DNA of 64,000 nucleotides from positions 94,021-158,020 of the forward strand of contig NZ_DGUZ01000012.1 in the NCBI RefSeq assembly GCF_002394865.1. The letters run 5' to 3'. The stretch comes from Fibrobacter sp. UBA4297 (lineage in GTDB: Bacteria; Fibrobacterota; Fibrobacteria; Fibrobacterales; Fibrobacteraceae). Of the stretch, positions 46,828 to 55,156 are shown in pieces. Positions within the stretch are counted from its first letter, which is position 1. Every line of letters starts with the position of its first letter. Below the pieces are notes generated by a model. It saw only the letters and a list, made by a program, of their open reading frames with translations, made no database searches and was not told where the DNA came from. The position numbers and the translations under genes are program-made.

Positions 46828-46895
46828 CACTTGACAAGCCTCCATTTTACACTTCACTACACAAATGTATACCATTTTATTTCGTTTGTCAAGTG
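46828..46895 (-). promoter_or_regulatory. TA promoter/operator: 10-bp inverted repeat bracketing a TACATTTG box (46862-46869)
   Basis: Perfect inverted repeat CACTTGACAA (46828-46837) / TTGTCAAGTG (46886-46895). Confidence 0.5.
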
Positions 46896-46919
46896 GTCGG
46901 CGCGTCCCCCGCTTGCAGT

Positions 46920-47972
46920 CTACTTCCCCGCCTTGGCGAGTTCTTCGCGAATGTACTGGAGCGTCAAAAGTTTCTGCTTCACCTGTTCGATATTCAAGAG
47001 CTTGGTATTGCTGGAGTTGAATTCAGTGAGCGTGTTGCGTTCCGTATCGCCCTTGCTAAAATACTTGTCGTAGTTCAGGCCGCGCTTGTCGCAAGGCACA
47101 CGATAGAAGTTACCCAGGTCGATCGCATGGGCGCATTCTTCGTTTGTCAGGAGCGTTTCGTACATCTTTTCGCCGTGACGGATACCGATGACCTTAATGG
47201 CATTCTTGTCGCCACCGAAAAGTTCGCACACGGCTTCAGCCTGAGTCTGGATAGTGCAAGCCGGAGCCTTCTGCACCAGGATATCGCCCGAAACGCCGTT
47301 TTCGAACGCAAACAGCACCAAGTCCACAGCTTCGTCAAGGCTCATGATAAAGCGCGTCATGGAACCTTCGGTAATCGTAATCGGCTGGCCATTGCGAATC
47401 TGGTCAATCCACAGCGGAATCACCGAACCGCGGCTGCACATCACGTTGCCGTAACGCGTGCAGCAAATCTTCGTCTTTTCCGGGCTCACCGTGCGGGACT
47501 TAGCCACGATGACCTTTTCCATCATGGCCTTGCTCGTGCCCATCGCATTCACCGGATAAGCAGCCTTGTCCGTGCTCAAGCAAACCACATTCTTGACACC
47601 TTCTTCGATAGCGGCGGTCAACACGTTGTCCGTACCGAACACGTTGGTCTTGACGGCTTCGAGCGGGAAAAATTCGCAGCTCGGCACCTGCTTGAGGGCG
47701 GCCGCATGGAAAATGTAGTCCACTCCGTGCATCGCATTCTTGACACTCTGGAGGTCGCGCACATCGCCGATGTAAAACTTGATCTTGTCGGCCGCTTCCG
47801 GCATCTTGGCCTGGAATTCGTGGCGCATGTCGTCTTGCTTCTTCTCGTCGCGGCTGAAAATGCGGATTTCACCAATATCGGTCTGGAGGAAGCGGTTGAG
47901 CACAGCATTGCCGAAACTACCCGTACCGCCGGTAATCAAGAGAGTCTTGTCACAGAAAATGGAGCTTGACAT
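46920..47972 (-). CDS. fnlA: UDP-GlcNAc 4,6-dehydratase/5-epimerase (FnlA/Cap5E-like)
   Basis: Blocks KTLLITGGTGSFGNAVLNRFL and YGNVMCSRGSVIPLW, with 350 aa. Confidence 0.75.
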   Translation of the reverse strand: MSSSIFCDKTLLITGGTGSFGNAVLNRFLQTDIGEIRIFSRDEKKQDDMRHEFQAKMPEAADKIKFYIGDVRDLQSVKNAMHGVDYIFHAAALKQVPSCEFFPLEAVKTNVFGTDNVLTAAIEEGVKNVVCLSTDKAAYPVNAMGTSKAMMEKVIVAKSRTVSPEKTKICCTRYGNVMCSRGSVIPLWIDQIRNGQPITITEGSMTRFIMSLDEAVDLVLFAFENGVSGDILVQKAPACTIQTQAEAVCELFGGDKNAIKVIGIRHGEKMYETLLTNEECAHAIDLGNFYRVPCDKRGLNYDKYFSKGDTERNTLTEFNSSNTKLLNIEQVKQKLLTLQYIREELAKAGK

Positions 47973-48049
47973 AAAAAGTCCTTCTTATAATTTTTGCAAG
48001 CAAAATGTAGTAAAAATAAGAGGACTTTTGGGATATTCAAGCAACGGAT

Positions 48050-48212
48050 TTAAGGTTGTTGAGCGCTGCGCTTCTGGATTTCTTCCAAAGGAATACCCGA
48101 AACAACAGAAATTTCTTCATCGGATAATTGTGTCAGCTTTGTAATAAGACACCTGGTCGTTGATTGTTTCGGTTTCACGGGAGTCTGCATTCCTAGTCGC
48201 AAAATACTTCAT
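48050..48212 (-). pseudogene. Possible frameshifted small HTH-like gene
   Basis: A 31-codon ORF (48212-48117) has a TACATTGC box 4 nt upstream. A 46-codon ORF in another frame (48190-48050) ends LSDEEISVVSGIPLEEIQKRSAQQP. Confidence 0.2.
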
Positions 48213-48450
48213 TATAGCAATGTAGCACTTTATTGTTGTGGATAAGTCGCCCGATAAGGAATGGCGAACTGCTCCCGAAATTGGACTTCGTTTAAAATTT
48301 CAAACAAAGGGCGTCCTTTCAACACGAAAGTTCTACATTGCCAACAGACCAGGAAAAAAGAATTTCTGTATTGTTAACGTCTTGTTGACTTGTGTTTTTT
48401 TATATATTCTTGATGAAAATCAACATAAAAGGACCTTTCGTAATACTAAT

Positions 48451-49626
48451 ATGATTCGAGAAATTACAGTAAAGAATTACAAGTCGATTGTTTCTTTGAA
48501 TACGCATTTAAGCAGATTTAATGTGTTTATTGGAGCAAATGGTTGCGGAAAATCCAATATCCTTGAGTCGATTGCATTGGCAGCGGCGTCCAGCGCTAAC
48601 AAACTGGAACAAGAGTATTTTGACAATAGGGGTATTCGTTTTGTCGATCCTCTATTTATGCTACCAGCATTTGAAGATGTCGAAGCAAAAGAAATTGAAA
48701 TTATTGTGAACGGGGAATCTAATCAAACTATACAATCCAATATCTTTTTCAACCAGTCAGCAAAACCACCTCATTGGGAGGATCGGTCTCTTTCTTATAA
48801 TCGAATTATGGAACTTTTGCTTCAAAAAGTTGGAGATCATCCCAAAGTTTCAGATTTGCTGAATGTTTTAGAGGATGTTAAAAAAGCATCGGAGCATAAC
48901 GGCGATGATATTGTGAACATCGATATTCAAGAAAGTAATAGAAATTTTAAAATAACTCCGAGTATTCCTGGTTTCCAAAAATTCATGATTTATTCTCTTG
49001 AGGAGAGTCGCCTTCGCTCAATCGATGATAAAAAACAAATTCGACCCTTGGGAAATCGCGGAGAAGGTTTGCTACCATATCTGAAAGAATTATCTCAGAG
49101 ACCTAATGGAACAGAAATAATCCAGGAAATCAACGAAAATCTCAAGTTGTTGGACTGGTTTGAGGAACTTTCCATTCCATCGGGTCAGTTGTCATCTGAA
49201 GTCAATATTCGACTTCACGATAGTTATTTAAGAGAATCTCTTGAATATTTCGACCAGAGGAGTACAAATGAAGGTTTCCTCTATCTACTGTTTTATTTGA
49301 CTTTGATTATATCTGACGAAACCCCGAGTTTTTTTGCAATTGAAAATATTGACGCATCATTCAATCCAAAGCTATGCAAAGAAGTTACACGAAGACTTAT
49401 AGAACTAGCCAAGAAACATAACAAACAAATTATAGCAACAACCCATAATCCTGCTATTTTAGATGCTCTTGATTTAGATGATGAAGACGAAAAGCTTCTT
49501 GTCGTCCGTCGATCTGTAGATGGGCATACAAAAATTAATCCGATTAAGTATAAACCTGAGGCGAAGATGTCTTTATCTGAAGCTTGGCTTAAAGGTCTAA
49601 TTGGTGGGCTTCCAAACAATTTTTAA
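48451..49626 (+). CDS. AAA_21/ABC-fold ATPase (OLD/AriA/AbiL-type N-terminal ATPase class)
   Basis: MIREITVKNYKSI start, Walker A GANGCGKSN, signature-like STNEGF, Walker-B-like FFAIEN and H-loop ATTHNP, with 391 aa. Confidence 0.75.
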   Translation: MIREITVKNYKSIVSLNTHLSRFNVFIGANGCGKSNILESIALAAASSANKLEQEYFDNRGIRFVDPLFMLPAFEDVEAKEIEIIVNGESNQTIQSNIFFNQSAKPPHWEDRSLSYNRIMELLLQKVGDHPKVSDLLNVLEDVKKASEHNGDDIVNIDIQESNRNFKITPSIPGFQKFMIYSLEESRLRSIDDKKQIRPLGNRGEGLLPYLKELSQRPNGTEIIQEINENLKLLDWFEELSIPSGQLSSEVNIRLHDSYLRESLEYFDQRSTNEGFLYLLFYLTLIISDETPSFFAIENIDASFNPKLCKEVTRRLIELAKKHNKQIIATTHNPAILDALDLDDEDEKLLVVRRSVDGHTKINPIKYKPEAKMSLSEAWLKGLIGGLPNNF

Positions 49627-49635
49627 TATTGAACT

Positions 49636-50331
49636 ATGATAAACATTGCTCTTTTTTGTGAAGGTGCGTCCGAAGTAAATATCCTTACGCATATTATTGA
49701 AAAATATTTAGGCAGTGACAATGTCAATGTAAACGCTTTACAGCCCACACTAAAGGATGGAAAGCAATTGGGATTTGGAGGATGGCACGAAGTTTTATCG
49801 CATTGCAACGACACTGATGTGGAAAAGGCTTTTGAACAGAATGATTGCCTGGTAATTCAGATTGATTCCGATGCCAGCCATCAAAAGGGATATGACGCGA
49901 TCACTGACCAAGAAAAGCGAATGGGCATTGATGATGCAACTCATTATCTCAAAATAGAAGCCCGTCTAAAACAAAATCTTACTTCAAATATTCTTGCCAA
50001 ATACGGTGAAAAAATTTTCTTTGCAATCTGTTTTAACGAAACAGAATGCTGGTTAATTCCGTTGTTTTACGAGCATGACGAAAAGAAATGTTGCTCAACA
50101 ACAAACTGCATTTTTGTACTCAATCAGGGAATCCCTGACAAAATCGGGCATATCCCTGATAAAGACAAAAATTCACCCACAGCAATTGCAACTTATAGAT
50201 CTATTCTTAAAAAACTAAAGGCAAAAAACATCCCTACAGTAGCCAAATACAACTATGGATTTAAAAAATTCATAGAACAACTAGATGTGTTAAAAAAGGC
50301 TTTGCAGCCTAACCAAAATGATGATTCCTGA
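49636..50331 (+). CDS. TOPRIM-like (DUF4276-like) putative nuclease partner
   Basis: Motifs IALFCEGASE (Glu), VIQIDSDAS (DxD) and NETECWLIP. It is 231 aa and starts 9 nt after the ATPase stop. Confidence 0.5.
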   Translation: MINIALFCEGASEVNILTHIIEKYLGSDNVNVNALQPTLKDGKQLGFGGWHEVLSHCNDTDVEKAFEQNDCLVIQIDSDASHQKGYDAITDQEKRMGIDDATHYLKIEARLKQNLTSNILAKYGEKIFFAICFNETECWLIPLFYEHDEKKCCSTTNCIFVLNQGIPDKIGHIPDKDKNSPTAIATYRSILKKLKAKNIPTVAKYNYGFKKFIEQLDVLKKALQPNQNDDS

Positions 50332-50428
50332 TTCCAAGAATAACAATCGCTATGGCAAATGCAGAGAGTGTAAAGTAAAAAAAATCTAAATCGGTTTCGA
50401 CACCAATACATCGTTGCAAAGCTATTAA

Positions 50429-50461
50429 GGACCTGTTTTTCAAAAACATGGTCCGTTTTTT
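50429..50461 (+). terminator. Rho-independent terminator of the two-gene cassette
   Basis: GGACCTGTTTTT/AAAAACATGGTCC stem followed by GTTTTTT. Confidence 0.7.
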
Positions 50462-50470
50462 GTAATCTAG

Positions 50471-50481
50471 CCCCCCCCCCC
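50471..50481 (+). repeat. Homopolymeric C11 tract
   Basis: 11 consecutive C, 31 nt upstream of the aminotransferase ATG. Confidence 0.95.
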
Positions 50482-50508
50482 TACCGCAACTTCACCGAGG
50501 TTGCGGTA
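50482..50508 (+). promoter_or_regulatory. 9-bp perfect hairpin abutting the start codon
   Basis: TACCGCAAC-ttcaccgag-GTTGCGGTA, then atcc-ATG. Confidence 0.5.
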
Positions 50509-50512
50509 ATCC

Positions 50513-51775
50513 ATGACGCGTTTCGAGAAGAAGGTCTGGCTCTCTAGCCCAACGATGCACGGCGACGAAATCAGGTATGTCACCGAGGCTTACGAGACCA
50601 ACTGGATGAGCACCGTCGGCGCGAACATCAACGAGGTCGAACGGATTGCCGCCGAGAAGGTCGGTTGCAAGTACGCCGTCGCACTCTCTGCCGGCACCGC
50701 AGCCCTCCATCTCTGCACAAAACTTGCTGGCGAAGCTCTCTACGGCATGCCCAAGGCGGGCGAAGGTTCGCTCCGCGGACACAAAGTGTTCTGCAGCGAC
50801 ATGACGTTCGACGCTACCGTGAACCCCATCGCTTACGAAAACGGCGAGGCCGTGTTCATCGACACCGAATACAAGACATGGAACATGGACCCGGTCGCCC
50901 TCGAAAAGGCTTTTGAAATTTACCCGGACGTGCGCCTGGTGGTACTCGTACACCTCTACGGAACCCCGGCCCGCGTTGACGAAATCCGCACCATCTGCCA
51001 AAAACGGGGCGCCCTCCTCATCGAAGACGCCGCCGAAAGCTTCGGAGCAAGCTACAAGGGCAAGCAGACCGGCAACTTCGGTGACTACAGTGCCATCAGC
51101 TTCAACGGAAACAAGATTATCACCGGCTCTAGCGGCGGCATGTTCCTTACCGACAGCAAGGAAGACGCCGAAAAGGTGCGCAAGTGGAGCACCCAGAGTC
51201 GCGAGGCCGCCCCGTGGTACCAGCACGAGGAAATCGGCTACAACTACCGCATGAGCAACGTCATCGCTGGTGTGGTACGCGGCCAGATGCCCTACCTCGA
51301 AGAGCACATTGCCCAGAAAAAGGTGATCTACATGCGCTACAAGGAAGGCCTGAAGGGACTCCCGGTGCAGATGAACCCCTACGATGCTGAAAACAGCGAA
51401 CCGAACTTTTGGCTCAGCTGCCTGATCATCGACAAGTGCGCCATGTGCAAGCAGGTGCGCGGCGAAACCGATGCCCTCTACATCCACGAAAAAGGCAAGA
51501 GCTGCCCGACGGAAATCCTCGAGCGCATCGCCGCCATGAACGCCGAGGGTCGCCCTATATGGAAACCCATGCACATGCAGCCCATGTACATGAGCCACGC
51601 ATTCATCACCGCGAATGGCAACGGACGTGCCCGCACGAACGCCTACATCGCAGGCGAAACACGTGACGTGGGCGCCGACATCTTTGCTCGCGGACTCTGC
51701 CTCCCGAGCGACAACAAGATGACCCCCGAACAGCAAGACGCCATCATCCAGACCATCAAGGAATGCTTCGAGTAA
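50513..51775 (+). CDS. DegT/DnrJ/EryC1/StrS-family sugar aminotransferase (PglE/EpsN-like)
   Basis: PLP-lysine context SFNGNKIITGSSGGM and 420 aa. The segment is visibly GC-rich. Confidence 0.8.
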   Translation: MTRFEKKVWLSSPTMHGDEIRYVTEAYETNWMSTVGANINEVERIAAEKVGCKYAVALSAGTAALHLCTKLAGEALYGMPKAGEGSLRGHKVFCSDMTFDATVNPIAYENGEAVFIDTEYKTWNMDPVALEKAFEIYPDVRLVVLVHLYGTPARVDEIRTICQKRGALLIEDAAESFGASYKGKQTGNFGDYSAISFNGNKIITGSSGGMFLTDSKEDAEKVRKWSTQSREAAPWYQHEEIGYNYRMSNVIAGVVRGQMPYLEEHIAQKKVIYMRYKEGLKGLPVQMNPYDAENSEPNFWLSCLIIDKCAMCKQVRGETDALYIHEKGKSCPTEILERIAAMNAEGRPIWKPMHMQPMYMSHAFITANGNGRARTNAYIAGETRDVGADIFARGLCLPSDNKMTPEQQDAIIQTIKECFE

Positions 51776-51804
51776 TATGGATGCCGGCTGCTTGAACACA
51801 ATAC

Positions 51805-51830
51805 GTCATTGCGAGCGATGCGAAGCAATC
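51805..51830 (+). repeat. GTCATTGCGAGCGATGCGAAGCAATC element
   Basis: Lies directly after the aminotransferase stop and is co-oriented with it. Confidence 0.6.
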
Positions 51831-51843
51831 CATGCATCACTCC

Positions 51844-51868
51844 GTCATCCTGAGCGAAGCGAAGGATC
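51844..51868 (+). repeat. GTCATCCTGAGCGAAGCGAAGGATC element
   Basis: Tandem to the previous element. Confidence 0.6.
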
Positions 51869-51884
51869 CAGTCTCATTTAGAAC

Positions 51885-52514
51885 ATGTACGCCCGCTTCT
51901 TTAAACGCCCCCTCGACTTCTTCTGCGCTTTGGCAGCCATCGTCTGCCTGAGCCCGCTCCTCGCGGCACTCACCGTCCTCGGCGCCGTCAAGATGAAGGG
52001 CAACCCTTTCTTCACGCAACTTCGGCCTGGAAAAAATGAAAAAATCTTCAAACTCATAAAATTCCGCTCAATGACTTGCGAGAAAGATGCTGAAGGAAAC
52101 CTCCTTCCTGATGAAAAACGCCTGACAAAGTATGGGAAATTGCTCCGTAGCACCAGTCTCGACGAGCTGCCGGAACTTTTCAATATTTTGAAGGGCGATA
52201 TGTCTGTTATTGGCCCTCGTCCGCTCGTTCCGCAGTATTTACCATATTATACGGAAGAAGAAAAGCATCGTCACGATGTTCGCCCGGGTTTGAGTGGACT
52301 TGCGCAAATAAACGGTCGAAATTCCTTGAATTGGGAAGACCGCTTTGCGTATGACTTAAAATACGTGAAAAATATTAGTTTTATGTTGGATGTTTCGATT
52401 GTCCTTAAAACGCTACTGAAAGTTGTAAAACGCAGCGATATCCAGGTTCGCGGAACAACCAAAATGATGGATTTTGACAAGTACCGCATTAGTCAGGGAA
52501 TGAAAAAATGTTAG
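51885..52514 (+). CDS. Small initiating phosphoglycosyl transferase (PglC/WbaP C-terminal-domain type)
   Basis: KRPLDFFCALAAIVCLSPLL re-entrant helix and the DELPEL...GDMS.IGPRP blocks, with 209 aa. Confidence 0.85.
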   Translation: MYARFFKRPLDFFCALAAIVCLSPLLAALTVLGAVKMKGNPFFTQLRPGKNEKIFKLIKFRSMTCEKDAEGNLLPDEKRLTKYGKLLRSTSLDELPELFNILKGDMSVIGPRPLVPQYLPYYTEEEKHRHDVRPGLSGLAQINGRNSLNWEDRFAYDLKYVKNISFMLDVSIVLKTLLKVVKRSDIQVRGTTKMMDFDKYRISQGMKKC

Positions 52515-53020
52515 AAGGTCAAAACGTTTATTTGCGTCCCATGGAGCGCGAAGACATGAAGGTTTATCAGCAAATGATAAACTCAGCCTACATTTCTGAC
52601 AGGGTTGTCGGTTGGAGTTTTCCTGTTTCTGAGGCAGAACAGAACAAGTGGTTCGATGCAGTCGCTGGTGATCAAAGAAATCGACGGTTTTCGATTTGTA
52701 AAAAGGGAAGCCAAGAAGCGATCGGAATGATCTCGCTTTCGGCGATTGATTTGCATAACCGCAAAGCTACAGTTGGTCTTAAACTTTCAGATAATTGCAA
52801 AAAGGGCATAGGGATAGGAACGGATGCTTTGCGCATAATGATGAAATACGCTATTGATGTGGTTAATTTGCATCGTCTTGAAGCTAGTTGGCTTGAAGAC
52901 AACAAGGCATCTGAAAAGTTGTATTTGAAATGCGGATGGAAAATTGAAGGAACGCGTGAAGCGGCTATATTCCGTAATGGAACGTATGTCAATCTTGTAG
53001 AAGCTGGTTTTGTCCCGTAA
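52508..53020 (+). CDS. GNAT-family N-acetyltransferase
   Basis: RimJ/L-like layout, a (Q/R)xxGxG/A-like segment KKGIGIGTDA and 170 aa. Confidence 0.6.
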   Translation: MLEGQNVYLRPMEREDMKVYQQMINSAYISDRVVGWSFPVSEAEQNKWFDAVAGDQRNRRFSICKKGSQEAIGMISLSAIDLHNRKATVGLKLSDNCKKGIGIGTDALRIMMKYAIDVVNLHRLEASWLEDNKASEKLYLKCGWKIEGTREAAIFRNGTYVNLVEAGFVP

Positions 53021-54089
53021 TTTTATGGTTTGCTGGGAAATTGGAAGCGAATTTGAATATGATTTCAGCGCAGTCATTGATTGTGCTTCGTTTCCATCAT
53101 GGCTTTGTTTTGGTGAAGACCAGCTTTTGACATTCTCTGGCCGCACATCCATTGACTTTGTTTTGGATGATATAAAAATTCCTATAAAAGCGTGTGTTCC
53201 ATCTTATTGTTGTGAATCGATGCTTGCTCCATTTAGAATGCGCGGCATTCCATTATCTTTTTATGCTGTTGATTTTTATGATGTTATATCGTTAGACTTT
53301 TCTGACGCAATCGAAGCCTGCAATGTGTTACTTATAGCGAACTATTTTGGCTACAAATCTTCGCCATTTCCGGCTGAAGTTATCCAAAAGTTCCGTGCCA
53401 ACGGTGGCATCGTAATATATGATGCTACACATTCGTTGTTTATAGATGATTTGCCACTGAATGATTGCGATTACGTTGTCGCCTCTCTTCGGAAATGGGG
53501 GCCTCTGTTAAGTGGAGGACTGTGCTGCAAGATGAAGGGTGTTTTTGTCAATCATAGTCTTCTGCCTGTTGATGATGTTTTTTTGACAAAGAAAAGAAAG
53601 GCTATGCAAGAAAAATTCAATTACTTGCAAGGTGATTTTTCTATTCAGAAAAAGAGCTTTTTGAATTTTTTTGCAGAAACGAACCATCAATTTGAAATGA
53701 ATTATCAACATGTGGGTTTGGATTCTACTTCATTGAGCATCCTAAATTCTTGGAATCGCAAGGCAATACAGCAGAAACGTTGTGAAAATGCTTCGCTATT
53801 GAATGCAGAAATATCTCAAATCTCGAAAGTCCGTCCTTTGCAATGTCTTTCATCGGGTGATTGTCCGTTGTTTTTTCCAATTATAATTGAAAATGGAAAA
53901 CGAGATAAAGTCCGAAAATATCTTGTACAAAACAACATTTATTGTACTGTTCATTGGCCTCACAACAATGAAGACTTTTCTTCGAATATTTTTGCTCAAG
54001 AATTATCACTAACATGTGATCAACGATATGACGCAGATGATATGAACAAAGTTATCCTCTTTTTGAAAAAATCCCTTATGGAGACTTAA
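53010..54089 (+). CDS. Divergent PLP-fold (DegT/WecE-like) enzyme
   Basis: Candidate PLP-lysine context VVASLRKWGP and size. The call is weak. Confidence 0.35.
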   Translation: MSRNFMVCWEIGSEFEYDFSAVIDCASFPSWLCFGEDQLLTFSGRTSIDFVLDDIKIPIKACVPSYCCESMLAPFRMRGIPLSFYAVDFYDVISLDFSDAIEACNVLLIANYFGYKSSPFPAEVIQKFRANGGIVIYDATHSLFIDDLPLNDCDYVVASLRKWGPLLSGGLCCKMKGVFVNHSLLPVDDVFLTKKRKAMQEKFNYLQGDFSIQKKSFLNFFAETNHQFEMNYQHVGLDSTSLSILNSWNRKAIQQKRCENASLLNAEISQISKVRPLQCLSSGDCPLFFPIIIENGKRDKVRKYLVQNNIYCTVHWPHNNEDFSSNIFAQELSLTCDQRYDADDMNKVILFLKKSLMET

Positions 54090-54091
54090 TT

Positions 54092-55156
54092 TTGAAAACG
54101 ATTCTTGTTACCGGTATTGGTGGACTTACACCGCGCTCTATTGCGAAAAATATTCGTAAAAAACACCCTGATTACAAAATTATCGGTATTGATGTAAATA
54201 AAAAAGCCTTAGGCTTCTTTATCAAGGGTATGGTAGACAAACATTATGTTTGCCCTCGCTGCAAAGATCCTGCATATTTCCCATTTTTGGAAGAACTTGT
54301 AAAAAAAGAAAACATTGATTATGCTTTTGTTCAGCCTGAAGCTGAAATCGTGGAATGGGGCGATTATTTTGAAAAAAATGGCCGATACCCGTGTCCTGTA
54401 TTTATGGGCTGCAAGAAACTCTCAGTCTCATTGAAAGATAAGTCTATCATGGCTGAACTTCTTGAAGGCACTGATTTTATTCCGAAGACTATCAAGGTAA
54501 CGCAGTTTAATCCTCGTTTTGATGATGTAGAAAAACTGATTGGGTTCCCTTGCTGGATTCGCGCCACTGAAGGAACTGGCGGATTGGGCTCCTTGAAATT
54601 AGAGGACATTTCTAGCTACAAGTCTTGGTTATTCATTAACAGTCAAATCCCTGAATTTACGGTCAGTGAGTTCCTTACGGGGCGTCATTTGGCAAATCAG
54701 ATGCTGTATTTTGATGATGAATATGTGAAGGGTGCTGCACTTGAATGTGCTGAATACGTTATGGCAAACACAGCACCTTCGCATGTGACGGGTAATACTG
54801 CTTTTGGGCGTTTTTTGAACGAAGATCGGATTAACAAGTTCTGTGACGATTGTATTAAGTACCTCTGTAAAAAGTTGAATGTGAAGGCTCATGGGATACT
54901 TTCGTTTGATTTAAAAGAAGACAAAAATGGGAATCTTAAAGTGACTGAGGTTAACATTCGCCACATGGCATATACGGGCGTGATGGCTGATGTTGGCTGC
55001 GACCTGATTGAAGATTCGATGATTATAACGGAGAATGGAAATGCCAATGCAATCGAAAGGGCTCAGTATTTTCACTACAAAAAGCCTTACATATTCTTAA
55101 GAGATGTTGATGTTGAACCAGTCATTCTTGATAGTGAAGAATATTTTGTAGGGTAG
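54092..55156 (+). CDS. ATP-grasp domain protein (TTG start)
   Basis: Rossmann-like KTILVTGIGG start, and size and layout typical of ATP-grasp ligases in glycan loci. Confidence 0.45.
   Translation: MKTILVTGIGGLTPRSIAKNIRKKHPDYKIIGIDVNKKALGFFIKGMVDKHYVCPRCKDPAYFPFLEELVKKENIDYAFVQPEAEIVEWGDYFEKNGRYPCPVFMGCKKLSVSLKDKSIMAELLEGTDFIPKTIKVTQFNPRFDDVEKLIGFPCWIRATEGTGGLGSLKLEDISSYKSWLFINSQIPEFTVSEFLTGRHLANQMLYFDDEYVKGAALECAEYVMANTAPSHVTGNTAFGRFLNEDRINKFCDDCIKYLCKKLNVKAHGILSFDLKEDKNGNLKVTEVNIRHMAYTGVMADVGCDLIEDSMIITENGNANAIERAQYFHYKKPYIFLRDVDVEPVILDSEEYFVG

Noticed and set aside
46893-47969. 358-aa plus-strand ORF opposite fnlA
   Set aside because: It is an antisense shadow. fnlA has the TGGTGSFG Rossmann motif on the minus strand.
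48238-48450. N-terminal extension of the ATPase ORF (alternative GTG start at 48238)
   Set aside because: The extension has no SD or promoter logic. The canonical ATPase N-terminus (MIREITVKNYKSI) begins at the ATG at 48451.
48200-50470. Calling the AT-rich ATPase/TOPRIM cassette a bounded mobile element
   Set aside because: I could find no integrase, transposase, tRNA attachment site or flanking direct repeats. Only compositional contrast supports horizontal origin.
50492-51799. 435-aa minus-strand ORF opposite the aminotransferase
   Set aside because: The GC-rich segment gives a stop-free antisense frame. The plus strand carries the DegT-type PLP-lysine context.
51869-51887. CATTTA-gaac-ATG upstream of the initiating transferase as a further leaderless promoter
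   Set aside because: The spacer gaac-ATG matches two real cases, but the TA of TAnnTTTG is replaced by CT. It is too weak to call.
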